DNA of 64,000 nt from assembly GCA_964035545.1 (NCBI GenBank), contig OZ037771.1, positions 6,977,190-7,041,189 of the forward strand, written 5' to 3'. The notes beneath the pieces were generated by a model. The model was not told where the DNA came from. It worked only from the letters and a program-made list of their open reading frames with translations, and did no database searches. This stretch comes from Bugula neritina. Taxonomy: Eukaryota; Animalia; Bryozoa. Position 1 is the first letter of the stretch; the number at the start of each line of letters is the position of its first letter. A program made the translations under genes and the position numbers. Shown here one piece after another: positions 1 to 17,704 of this stretch.

Positions 1-909
1 GCAACAGATTTGTCCCAAGTCAAATTTTAACTTTTTTCCTTATTCTCCAGTAAACTTTTACTTTTACCGGTTACTACTATGCAAAATAGTTACACACCTA
101 CTTATAAGCTACATGTTGATGTATAATAACACGCCATCACCAATTAAGCTTTTACAGCATCAACTTACTTGGCAGTGTGAAGTAAGACCTAAGATAATTG
201 ATGCTGTGAAGGTTCAAACACTACTGGCTGCATTTTGTTTTTGACATAAATTACAGTTATAGCTAAAACACTTATTCAAATATTTTTCTATAGCAATTTG
301 CTAAAAAGATGGAATTGTATTAATTGTGCTTATTAGGCTCTAAATTTATTTATTAATTAATTTGATATAAATTTAATTGAGCAGCAAGATAATATTTTAG
401 AGTAGCAAGTATTTTGCTATGAAGTTAGTCTCTGGCTTGTGCACCAAAATTATTTGTAAGAACCAGTAACTAGTATATTCAAAATTGATGCACAAAAATG
501 CGATATTTTAACAGAACATATTTTCTGCATTTAATCCGTTTAATTAAAGAAGAATCCTTGCTGTAAAGTATTAATTTATGAGCAGGCATTGTCCATGTGT
601 CCTCAGCACAATACTGTCGTAGTTTATACGGCATGAGATTTATTCTTTTAATATTATTAAGAAACTGTGATTATGGCTCTTGTTACTAACTACTAATTGT
701 TACATATCAGTTTCGTTACTTTATAATTGTCAATTTGCTTGCATTATATTTTTTCTCTAATTTGTAATACTTTAGCACGTTGCACCATCATTGTATATAT
801 GGTCGATTTTTGTTAAAAATTTAAAATCTAAAGGCTACTGAACTACGGTATAGTTTATTATAATATTATTTACTCAGCCTTGCGATGTGATTGGCTGGTT
901 TTTTATAGG

Positions 910-2391
910 ACCCAGTAGCTAATATTCAGAAAGTAAATGAGTTTATGGGAACTCAGAGGAGCCCAGAACTTGTTGAGAAAATAGCCTCAGCTACAACGTT
1001 TAGCAAGATGAAAAAAGCAAAGATTTCCGATACAACTCCCAATCCAAAAATAGACGAGCATGTAAGTTTTGGCATGCCTATACTAATTAAAATAGTTGAG
1101 GTAACAAACTTGTAAAATAATTGCCCCCACTGGGATTTGAACCACAGACCTCCAGCTTGCAAGCAGGCATGCTAACCATTAACCTACAGGGGCTTCAAAA
1201 TTTCAAACAGCAAAATTACTATCTAACTTTATTTTTCTTACTTGCCAAATAAGTATTTTTTGATAGATTCAAACCTCACTATGTAGAACTAAAGTACGGT
1301 GATTTAAAAATAAGGGTGTGAGTTTACAAACAGTTACCAAACCAAAAAAGAAACATGTATTCACTAAAGTCCAAAACATATAACATTGGTACTTTGTATA
1401 TATAGGTCAATTACACCATAAAATGTTGTGTTGCTACAGGTTACTATTGATTTACCAAAGCAATTGTGCCAAAAGCCTATAAGTAAAACACATCGTAGCA
1501 AAAAATAGTAGCAAATTACAGTTGATGCTAGTCTTTATCAACTCTATAAAAACTCTTGATGGAATAAATAGTTACTAACCACTCTTGAAGGATTTCAACA
1601 TCTTAAAAATCAGTGATAATGAATGATATAAATGGGTAGATATTTGGTATAACTTCTGATACAATTCCTAAAGAACTCATTATAAGCAGTATATAAATGT
1701 CATATGTTTTCTATAATATAGCTAACCCAGCTATGTTAGAGCTTGCACCTTTCACCTAAATTGTTATATTAACTTGGTGTTGTCAATATTATAATATTTA
1801 AGACTTGCAAATTTTTTCTCAGTTATTAATAAAACAAGTAAGCAATTATATAGGGTATATTTTATTAATATTATAACTTATAACTATACCAAGAGATAAC
1901 CTGAAGCAAGTGGTTTACTTATTGTGTTATTGTAGTTGCTGACTCTGCTGGACAAACCAATGAGTATAATTGACATATCGGACAGGATGTACAGGAAAGG
2001 TAAGTTTTTACAGCAATTGGCAAACTAAATTAATTCTACTAATAAAAACGTGATAGATAAAAATTTTGTTTTTCAATGGCAGTTATTTCTGCAATGACCA
2101 AATTTATTTACAAACAATTTTCCTGTACATTAAGTCTATATACATGCTTAAATCGTTGTAGTAAGATAAGTTTTGCAATTTACTTTGTTTTGATAATTCA
2201 CACAAAATGCTTACAGGCTTAATCTGCAAGAAAATACCAAAGCTAGTCAGAACTGTTTTTTCTAATTTTTTGGTATTTCAGGTAAAATAGGAGACTGGAA
2301 GAATCACCTGACTGTAGCTGAGAATGAAATGTTTGATGAGTTTCTAGCCAAGTGGCCTCTGAGTAAAGAAATCAAGTTTACATTTATCTAA
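910..2391 (+). CDS. Cytosolic sulfotransferase, paralog A (last three coding exons only: ~910-1061, ~1936-1999, 2282-2391; 5' exons lie left of the window)
   Basis: Exons translate DPVANIQKVNEFMGTQRSPELVEKIASATTF and MYRK|GKIGDWKNHLTVAENEMFDEFLAKWPLSKEIKFTFI*. RKGxxGDWKNH is the C-terminal PAPS-binding signature of cytosolic SULTs. GT-AG junctions. Confidence 0.88.
1120..1215 (-). repeat. Dispersed repeat containing a degenerate tRNA-like (A/B box) segment
   Basis: Minus strand gcccctgtaggttaatggttagcatgcctgcttgcaagctggaggtctgtggttcaaatccc has A-box- and B-box-like motifs; a similar copy lies at ~26765-26870 (+). Confidence 0.55.
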
Positions 2392-4136
2392 AGGGAAATA
2401 CAACTTCTGTGATTTGTAACATTGACTGTATAATATAGCGATAATAGTTATAGAGCTGTTGCTGAACCATTTATTCAGCCTAAAGATATAGATAGTTTGG
2501 GTTTTTTTATTTTTTGTTTTATTGGCAAGTACCTTATAATATTTGTGTCACAGTGTTGCTAAATTGTGCACTAATTCTGAATAATATAATGTTAAGTTAA
2601 AGAGTGTGGACAACAATTGTTAATGGAAATATAATAAATATAATAATGCATGTGTTTAAACTTGAAACTTTTAGACTAGCTTAGTGATCAAGCTGTTTGT
2701 TAATTTGTTTCACAATACCAGGGACCAACGACTGCAGAGAGATTATGTGGAGACGGATTGGCCTTAGGGCACATTTTCTAGCCTTTTTCTTGGCATGAGC
2801 AGAGTAGCTTCTTAAAAAGCCTGCTCAGACATTGAGGCAACCACTAAACAGCTTTACTGTCTCTATTTATAAACTGAGCAGCTGATAAGCCTTTACTGCC
2901 TGCGTGGTGCAAACTGCAAAGGCCATAAGGAGCAGAAAAATGAAATGAAAAGATAAATATTGATATGTCAGACACCGATAGAATGCCATTTAAAAATTTA
3001 AAACTAGTCATTGAAGCTTTTTCATTTGCCTGAGCTGCCAGGGTTGAATATTTCTCAGACTGGGTGTTTGTTATATATAAGTTTAGCAGGTCAGCTTTAT
3101 GAACTGTCTGTGCCATGCCACGAAGTTCACACTATAGCTTTAATCAAGTAGCCAGTTAATGCATTGATATGAGCATTGAATGATAAACTTAGGCCCTAAT
3201 ATTGTTCCAACATTTACTAGAAGTATAAGCTTGATAGCACAGTAGCAAAATTTTACTTTTACTGCCATTGTCTTTTTAATATCTATAGCTAATGCAGTCT
3301 TGGGAGTTGAATATAGTAATCACATGTTAAACCACCTTTCTATTTAGGTACCATGTCTTTAAAAACTCTTTTAGAGGTATTTGGTAGATTCTTTGTATGA
3401 GAGATTTAGTAAAATTATTTGTCCATGAAGGATATTATAAACCAAAAGTAAAGCCAATCTTTGAACCTATATACATGATAAATGATGAGTTTCACTGGTC
3501 ATGTAGGTTAAGGCTTTCTATACCTTGAGGTTATAGCCGTGCCATAGTGTTATTGTCATTGGCTTGTCAGATAAACTAAGTTCATGATATCATTGAACTT
3601 TATAACCTTTGTAAATCTAAGCTACAACATTTAGTTGTATTAAAGAAAAAAGTTCAATGCATGATTTTAGTTCCATAGTCATATATATATAAATGGTTTA
3701 CTGAAAGTAAGAATCTCAAGTGTACTAACTATACTATAATAGCTTCATCAAGGACTCTGCAGTCACCAGTGTAATGTTCTATACATCGGCACTCAAAAAG
3801 AACAAAACATTAGCTATGTTATTCTAAAGTCTAAACAAAGAATTACTGGGTTAGCTAAACTTTTAGCAAGTAAGCTGATAACTGTATAGGGCTAATAAAG
3901 CTAGTACAAGCCGACAACCAACAGCATTTCAACATTTATTCATAAACTTCAATGGCTGATTTAGGCTTGCACAATATAGCAATCTGTTTTAAAAAAGCTA
4001 AATGTGCATGCTGAAAAAGAGCTCACCAAATAATATAAACATTTCAGCTTTTTTTCAAACCAATTTTTACATCTCAGTCAGTTTTTCCCTTGACAACTAC
4101 TTATGTATCTATAAGGTAACTCTATAATTTCTAAGA

Positions 4137-4350
4137 AAACTCACACAAGTTAAAATTGCTATCTCTGTGAGAAACCCTTGATAGAAAGGATTTTTGTTAG
4201 ATCGGGCTAAGGACTTGTTCAGATAAGGCACAGGAGCAATTATTACTGGATGCTCTTCCTAACATCACCAATGGCCTTCTTTGGGGTTCGAACCCATGAC
4301 TTCGTGTTTACTAACCAAACGCTCTAACCCCTAGACCACAGCTGCTCCCT
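4137..4350 (-). mobile_element. tRNA-derived SINE (head resembles tRNA-Thr AGT)
   Basis: Minus strand GGGAGCAGCTGTGGTCTAGGGGTTAGAGCGTTTGGTTAGTAAACACGAAGTCATGGGTTCGAACCCC (A box, TAGTAA loop, B box), followed by a ~140-nt body shared with copies at 6788, 22165 and 27302. Confidence 0.8.
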
Positions 4351-5247
4351 TAACTCTATCAATTCTGATTTATACAAATCCACATGATTTGAATGAAAAT
4401 ACAGGCAGAGAAACTCTATCTCTCATTTAAGGATAACCCTTATTATTGACTCTGCTTTAACTATGAAAATTGATGCCCTAGGTTTCCAGTTTGCTATTTG
4501 TAATCATAGAAGTCAGGTACAAAGGAGTAAAGTGGAAGTAGTATAATAATGTATGGTTTATAGTACACTGGTGTTTAATGTGGCTAAATATTAGGGATCA
4601 ACAGTTATTGTATATTAATATGCAGCAGTATTCGCTTGACTTATTCGGAGTTATCATTTCATATATGGCTTATCACTTCAAACAAATGCAATGGAATAGA
4701 GGTAATAAGTCAATAAGAGATAGTCCGGTAACTCCCCTTTTGTTATCTGTAGTTTAACAAAACATAGCCGAGATAAGCTGTTCTATTTGGGTGGCAATAT
4801 ATAGGACTGTCACTACAATGCTTCTTATTACATGCACAGCTATTGACAAGTATATTACTTTACCACACATTCTATAGTTAATGATTTATGACTATTAGAT
4901 TACTTGCGTTATTGACGTAGCTGTCATTACTGCAAATACATCTAGCAGCACAGACTTATAAAGGCTATGAAGTTTAATAGAGGTCCTGAACTTAGTTCAT
5001 CAAATTGACCAATGATAAAACTACGACGCAGCTAAAAACTTATCATCAATCAATGTAGGTTGCAAGATTATACACAGTGCTAGTTGATTTAGCATCTCAT
5101 TCTCCATGATTTACTAGTTAAAGTAAACCGCGCTCATACGGAGTGTCAGTTAAGTATCTTTGAATTAGACTCAAGACTGTTCTTACAGACATAGTACCTT
5201 ATAGCCGAGTTGTTCAAGAAGTGATAGCTTCATTCAGGTAACAAAAT

Positions 5248-8200
5248 ATGGCTGCTAAACCAGAAATTGCTGAATTCAAAGCTTACCTAACCAATGATGA
5301 TGGCACAGTTAAAGTACGAGCACTCACTGCAAATAAGGAACAGTTTGAGGAAATTCACAAAGATATGGAAGAGTATAAGTGGGTGGAAGGAGATTTTCTT
5401 CTGGCTTCTTATCAAAAAAATGGTTAGTAAGAAGTACGTAAATTATCTGCAGAGATAAACCAAAGTTCTCATTATTTTCATAGCATTGTTTGAAGGTCTT
5501 CTATGACCTGCCAAACTTTTTCATCACTAGAGAAGTAGAGACTAGTTAAGTCGATCTAACCTAGTATTATGTTAACCGTGAAAATATATTTTACAATATA
5601 ATAATAGGTGCAGGCAAAAATACCTAAAATTCACCTTCATATAATGTATTTAGAAGAAGATGTATTTGTTATAAAGACATACTTTATAGTAGATAGATCT
5701 ATTGGTCTGCTTGTGCTTCTTTAATATGTTAAAATTGCTTAGCATTGAAAAAGACTTTTAAAGCTGAGATGTGCTAATATTTTCATACTGATTCTAGAAT
5801 GCAGTCATTATATGGATTAAAATTAGGCACACCCATATATATCACAATTATCGCTCATTGTTGTTGACATATGTACTAAACAGTTTATGAAAGTTGGCGC
5901 AAGTTTTCAATTCCTGTCTTCATTAAAGTGTGTGATCGAATCTCCAGTATTGTTATAATCATTAAAGAAATGACAATTTCAGAGCTAGAAGTTATACGAT
6001 ATTATCTCCCCTTGTGTTTTTGTAACTAAACGAACTATATTATATCTCAGGAACTCACTTCATGTGGGAGATAATGACCATGCTACTGAGAGGGTCAGCT
6101 GAATATATTAGGAGTCCAAAAGAGGCATGTATGATAGATTTATTTCCACTCAAGAAAACTGATGCAGTTTTCCCTTCTCCACGAGTCCTCAACACTCACT
6201 ATAGACTGGATGTTCTCCCCAAAGAGTTTCGAGGAAGGAAAACTGTTTTAGGTATAGCAGTAAGCTAATTTATTGTAGTTTAATTAGTCAAGTATCTGGG
6301 AAACTATCTGCAATAAATGCCAATACTAATGTGAATAGAAGATAGTAGATAAAGTAGAGAACTTTAATATAAAATACTGCTTTATTGTTGTTGTTTTCAT
6401 ATCTATATTTAAATCTAACATAATAAATGGCTGTGACATGGTATCCCATTTATATAATATGTATTTCAAAGGGCCATCGATCAAGTGCATGCATGAATTA
6501 AATAGGGGTACACTATGATACACTGAGATAGTTATTCATGTTGAATTGTGAATGCAGTAATGTAAAACATACATGCACAGAATATGCCAGCGTCCTAACA
6601 ATTCACCCCTCCTTTTTTTTAGTGATAAGAAACCCTAAAGACACGTCAGTATCCATGTATCACCACAGGAAGAATGTTGTAAGCAATAGTGCAACCTAAT
6701 GCATCTATTTTATTACAACTATTTGTAGTTAGCTTTGTATATAACCATTATTATAATATTGAGGGCAGTTTCTAAACAATTCCATTAAAACTCACACAAG
6801 TTTATAGTCGCCATCTCTGAGAGAAACCCCTGGTTGAAAGGATTTGTAAAAGCGGGCTAAATACTTTGCTTTATCTCCCTTGTTTTTTCTTATTTATTTA
6901 GCTAATTTGAATTGCGGACCGTTATGTTTTTTCATAACGGTCCGCAATAAAAAGTAGCTGAATAATTGGGAAAAAACATGAGAAGTCAAGCAAAATTAAT
7001 AATAACCTTGATTATTTAGATGTAATTATTGATATTTTACTAGTTTTGGGCAAAAACTCATGTTTATTAGTAGCTAAACTTTAAAAAATAGCTAAAAACT
7101 GGTGATTTCCAGTGTGTACTAAATTAAGTAAAATGACCATATATATATTTTTACAATGTCACATCTTATACCCTTAATTTACGTGAAAAACGTATTTATA
7201 ACACCTGATATATTTGATTTGAAGAGCGTTTCCTGCATTGAAAACCAGTCCACACTAGCTAGAACTTATATGGTTGTCTAGTAGTTCTACTTGAGAACAA
7301 GTTTTATAACAGAAATAATTTTCCTAAAAGCTGTTTAAAAGTAATTAAATACTAATTATCGTAAAGTTATAGATTTCAATAGTGTATCACATGTCATGTT
7401 CGATCATATACCTATCACAAAAATATAATATAACTTAATATAATATAATATAATATAGTACAATATAACAACTGAATTACAATACAGACATTTTTTAGTC
7501 AAATTTTGCATTGTAGACTAGCTATATTTAAATGCTTAGTATCTTTTTTCATTCGTCAACCACACCTGCATTCTATTCAATCTTTGTCGGATTACGATAG
7601 ATTTTTTAAAATATTTTCATTTTTCTGTAGTGGGAACAAATACGAGAAATTGAGCCACAGACTTATTCACAAATACTTTCAACTTTTCTACATGATAAAG
7701 ATACATATCTGGGAAGTTACTTTGACTATATTGAGTACATGTGGAGTCTTAGAGACGACCCTAACATGCTGGTCATTTTCTTTGAGGACCTCATACTGGT
7801 AAGCAAGTTTCAATAACTAACCGATAAATGATTAACAAAAAAAAAATAATTATGACCTGCTTATACTTCATATTTACCTGCATAATGCCAATATTGTCTA
7901 CATGAAAAGCTTATTATAATAAAATTTAATGCTTAGACAGTTTTTTTACACTACTGTACCATTGAATATCATGAAAGATAGTTAGTTAATGAACAGGAGG
8001 TGTTTTCAAATAGTCACTAAAATTGTCATGGCATACCTTTGAAATTAAACGTAATTACATGTGCTTTAAAAGTGAGTTTCTTTTGCTCTGCAGCATTATG
8101 CTAATTTATGATTTTAATCTTGTATGAAACAAACTATCATATCCATAGACATTATATGTTTATTTAGTATAGATTTTTTAGACTGTCAAGGAAAAATGTA

Positions 8201-9895
8201 AGAGAATGTTTTGAAAATTACATGCCATGATTGTCTCATGTTGTAAAAGACTACAGTAATCATGAAAAGATGAAAGTCTTACCTTTATTAATACTAACTA
8301 AATTGAGTGATCTCTATTGTATAGGTTTGGTGTAGATTCGAGCTAATTTTTAAAATATGTAAACAACTCCAATTGCAGGCCCTATAGTATTTAATGTTGT
8401 AGGATCCAGTAGCTAATATTCAGAAAGTAAATGAGTTTATGGGAACTCAGAGAAGCCCAGAACTTGTGAAGGAAATAGCCTCAGCTACAACCTTTAGTAA
8501 AATGAAGGAAGGGAAAACCTCTAAATTAGTTGATCACTCAAAATTAAATGAGCACGTAAGTACATTTACATTAGGAACACGAGACCACAACTTCAATGTC
8601 AATGTTGGTTTTGTATAAACCTATAGTCAGAAATTATATTAATGATCTGAAATCTTCAATATTCTAAAATAGAAGTTATTTTTTGAGGTGGTTTATTGTT
8701 TTTTAGTTAAACTTAGTTATTTCCATTTTGTGAGAATGATCATTCTAATAATTAAATTGCATTTTTAAGTTAATAAAACTTTTACAGTTTTTAACATTGA
8801 AAAACTTATTTTGTGCCTTAGGAATACCTTTGAAAAATGCAATCTTACTCAATTACATTAAATTTGACATTTCACTGCACGCATTTGCATAAATTAACAT
8901 CAACCCATTAATTTATTTTATTGTGCAGTGGTAAAGCTTGTGTTATGTGAGTTTAATAAAATCATTTGATAAACCTACTACTTTCAAACATGCTGATCAG
9001 ATAGATGACCTAGTTTGCCACCCTGGTTATGGCTGTTGATGTTTTTCCTGATATATTACCCATTCTTGTATAAGAGGTTGATTTATTATCAATTATGCAG
9101 ACAATAGCCTTTATGTAGGCTAGATTGTGACAAATTCTATTATTTTAAAATAATGAAGTAGCTGAATGACTGCTTTGTGTTATTGTAGATCAACATTTTT
9201 TCTGACAAACCGACAAACATGGCTAAAATTTCTGAAAAGATGTACAGAAAAGGTAAGATTTATAAAAAAAACTAATTTACCTTCATTAGTGCGTTAAAAT
9301 ATGTTATATACCAAACAATATGTAACATTGGTAACCTGTATGGGGATTTTGTCAAATATGTTTTAAAGAAGGCTAACTTAATTTTATCAGTTGATTTTTA
9401 ATTTATTATAAAAACAGAAAATCTAATGAATATTAAAGAGTAGTACGCAAAATTTGCTTGACAACCATTATATTGCAAGAATGTGGCATCTACTTTTTAC
9501 CTGCTTTTGAACAGCTGGATAGCTGTGTTGCTGACGTTATACACCTGTGCAAAAGTAAAATTTGATTTTATCATATTTATTATTTCATATTTTAATTCAG
9601 ATGCTGGTATAATGCCTCACTACGTTACTTTGGTTTAAGATAGTATAGTGAATGAATTCAAATAGGTAACTTTTTCTACCCAAACCTTTCACTTATTTGA
9701 AAATTATTGTTTTATTCTTTTACAAAAATCTCTTAATTATTAACATGCATAAGCTTCTTTCCTCATTTTGTTTGCTATATTTCAGGTAAAATAGGAGACT
9801 GGAAGAATCACCTGACTGTAGCTGAGAATGAAATGTTTGATGAGTTTCTAGCCAAGTGGCCTCTGAGTAAAGAAATCAAGTTTACATTTATCTAA
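5248..9895 (+). CDS. Cytosolic sulfotransferase, paralog B (exons ~5248-5422, 6051-6251, 6623-6678, 7631-7798, 8403-8555, 9189-9252, 9786-9895)
   Basis: 5'-PSB-like motif ASYQKNGTHF, catalytic-His region VLNTHY, 3'-PB motif RNPKDTSVSMYH, and C-terminal RKGKIGDWKNH. Canonical splice sites. Confidence 0.9.
6788..6860 (-). mobile_element. SINE 3' fragment
   Basis: aaactcacacaagtt...gcgggctaa matches the tail of the 4137-4350 SINE. Confidence 0.65.
6865..7139. mobile_element. Truncated foldback MITE (centre plus one arm)
   Basis: Central hairpin tgcggaccgttatg/cataacggtccgca and terminus aattaagtaaaatgacca are shared with the copies at 36815 and 58334. Confidence 0.75.
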
Positions 9896-10424
9896 AGGGG
9901 AAGACAACTTCAAATACGACTGAATGATGAGACAAATTTTACCTATCACTTAGCAAACAATAAAAAGAAAATTCATTTAAATACTGCATAAATAAATTAA
10001 CCACAGTTATATAGGCTGTTTGCTTAAAAAATTTTTCTGACAATGACATAGATGCATGACTAGGTATATAGAATTTGTTTTTATTTACTGTTACTGCTGC
10101 TCTTTTTTGGCTGTAGGAAGTAGGAAATTATCCTATATAATATATTATATTATATATAATTAATGAGTGTGACAAATGGTAATTTACTAATATCACTATT
10201 TTAATTTATGTGACAAACTATATAATTTCTAGTTCTTTGTAGTTTATTTAGGAATTTGTAGTTACATTAGGAATACAGTGCTGTTTACTAAAGACTATAG
10301 CAAAACTCAATATGTTACTGGCAAATGATGTTTGTCTTTAGAAATATAGATGACCAAAGAAATTTATTAGCTGCTCAATTCAATAATTAAAAATGTCAGA
10401 CCTATTGATAATATTGAAGTGGTG

Positions 10425-10930
10425 GTTTGTTTGTTTGTTTGTTTTTATTTTGTCATAGTAGGGAAAAAATTAATTGAGAAAAAAATAAACAAAATGACAG
10501 GGCCTATGGCGCAATAGCACTGTAGCTAGTCGAGGCACCGAGCCATGAATGGTTGACAGTTATATAAGATTTTTGTTTAGGTTTTTGGAAGTTTTAGCAA
10601 CTTAAAAAGTATTATTTTTTTATCTGGAAATTTGCCATTAGATGGTCTCTCAGGGCAAGTTTGAAACCAGCCTCCCTCCCCACAGCACGAATAGAACTAG
10701 GCAATTTATTCCATAGCGTCGAACATTGGAATTCCACTCTTCGTTGACCTGCAGCAGTTGATGATGGAGGAGTTTGTAGGCTGAACTCTGAAAATCTTGT
10801 GGGATAGTTATGTGTGAGATGTGTTAGTTGAGAATAGTAAAGTTTATGTGAGAGCAGTATTAGTTTGAATTTGTGTAGAGTGTGAATAGGCATGATTGAA
10901 GAACTAAGAAACAGTGGTTTAGATGGGGAA
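10425..10930 (-). mobile_element. 3' remnant of a CR1/L2-group (Crack/Daphne-like) LINE
   Basis: ORF 10612-10893 ends GQRRVEFQCSTLWNKLPSSIR...FKLALRDHL, the typical LWNxLP..IR....FK C-terminus of CR1/L2-group ORF2. It is followed by a GC-richer 3' segment (~10495-10550) and an (AAAC)n tail near 10427-10445. Confidence 0.7.
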
Positions 10931-11850
10931 AGGTGAACCCTCTTATTTATAAATAGCTTGAAATTGAATAAACTCTCAATAAGTCAAACAACTGCTGATA
11001 TGACCCATTTATTCACATTCTAATCTATTAAACCATGGATAAGTTGATTGATTGGAAATGCAAGCTGCTCATATAATGCTAGCCCTTCAAAGTGCTAGTG
11101 ATTCAACAAACATTGCAGCCACATTAGATGAGTTGATGGATTTACTACTTGCATTAACTTACGGTTGTGGACTCATTCGATGCAACTGTCCTCAAACATG
11201 AATGAAAAATCCATTTGCATAATTTTATACTACTATAGGCAGTTGAGTTTAAACCACAGAACCATATTATTTTTATCTTTTATAGCAACTTTTAAGTCAA
11301 ACTATGCATTTACACTATGTATTGATTAACCTTTAAGAATCAGAAAAGTAGAGTACGTATGTACACTGAATATTATCTGTAAGTTACAGTCAAGCATTAT
11401 TCAAAGTAAACAATATGTTTCTTATAGAAATGAGAAAACTAATATCACAACTAATTTTAAATATCATGCATGACTTTTTAAACATGTATATTATAAAAAC
11501 CTGTAACGTACTTCGAACTTGCTGATTCATCAGAATTGCAAATGGCTGACAATGATTACGGCATTGCTTTAGATTTCATTTGCAAACAAAATTAATATAA
11601 CATTTGCTAAGGTCAACAAGTGGGACAAATGCAAGATGATAGGCTATCTGCGTATCAAGATATAGGTTGAGGTGTATCACTGAACCTCCCCTAACAATAC
11701 TACCACAGATCAGTAACTTGATGCAATATGTTTGCAAAGGATAAACATTTTACAGTTAGTACAGGCTGGCATAGCAAGGAAACTTAGTGAGGTCCTTCAT
11801 TCCTAACATTGGCTGTAAAGTATTAAAACAGGCTGAGATAAATTAATACA

Positions 11851-16929
<5,079 letters not shown>

Positions 16930-17704
16930 GGGGGAAGACAACTTCAAATGCAACAAAATGAAACAACTTTAACTTATGAACAATTATTTTTATATATCTA
17001 AACGATTAATTAAAGCTGTTACCCAACACCCTGCCGGTTAAAAACAGCAAGTAAACAATGAAAGCAAGCTTAATTATTGACTTCAATATGCATTTGTCAT
17101 TAAATTTTGACTAATAAGTTAATAAAATTTAGATAAAGCATATCTTAGTGACTTCAGTGCTATGGCAGAATTGGACATACTTTAAATTTTTGAGCATTAA
17201 AATATTAGATTGCAAATATATCACCAACTCGTAGCTACTTTGATAAACAAACTCCATCAGTCTAATGATATCAATACTCAATTGGGTATGCGACCGAAAT
17301 CTTGTCAAAGGTTAATAGCTGAAATCAAACCATGTGACCAATAAGCTGGCCAATGTACTGATAAGTAGCTGCTGCAAACAAATAAACAAAGCTGTCGGCA
17401 GAACTAACAGAAACAAAAAGCAATTATTTGTGACAATAAAAAGAAAAGAAATTAAAATAATCTAGCATGAAAATAGTTTTATTGCGTGCAGACGTTAATT
17501 TACTCTTCTACATAAACTAGAAGCTCTAAAGCTCTATTCTATTTATAAATTTTACCAGTGAAGAGACACTATTAAGAGAGTGTAAGCTGAATACGAGTGG
17601 CACACGCTAGGTAGACTAGTGTTGCTGTCTAACTATAAGCAGACGATTTTGAGATTAACAAATTACTGCATGCCTGCTCAAAAATAAATTCAGCAGTTTG
17701 CATC

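Noticed and set aside
2844-3116. 90-aa minus-strand ORF between SULT A and SULT B
   Set aside because: No recognisable motif, splice context or paralog.
4280-4350. Functional tRNA-Thr gene
   Set aside because: Acceptor and anticodon stems pair poorly, and the sequence continues into a repeated SINE body.
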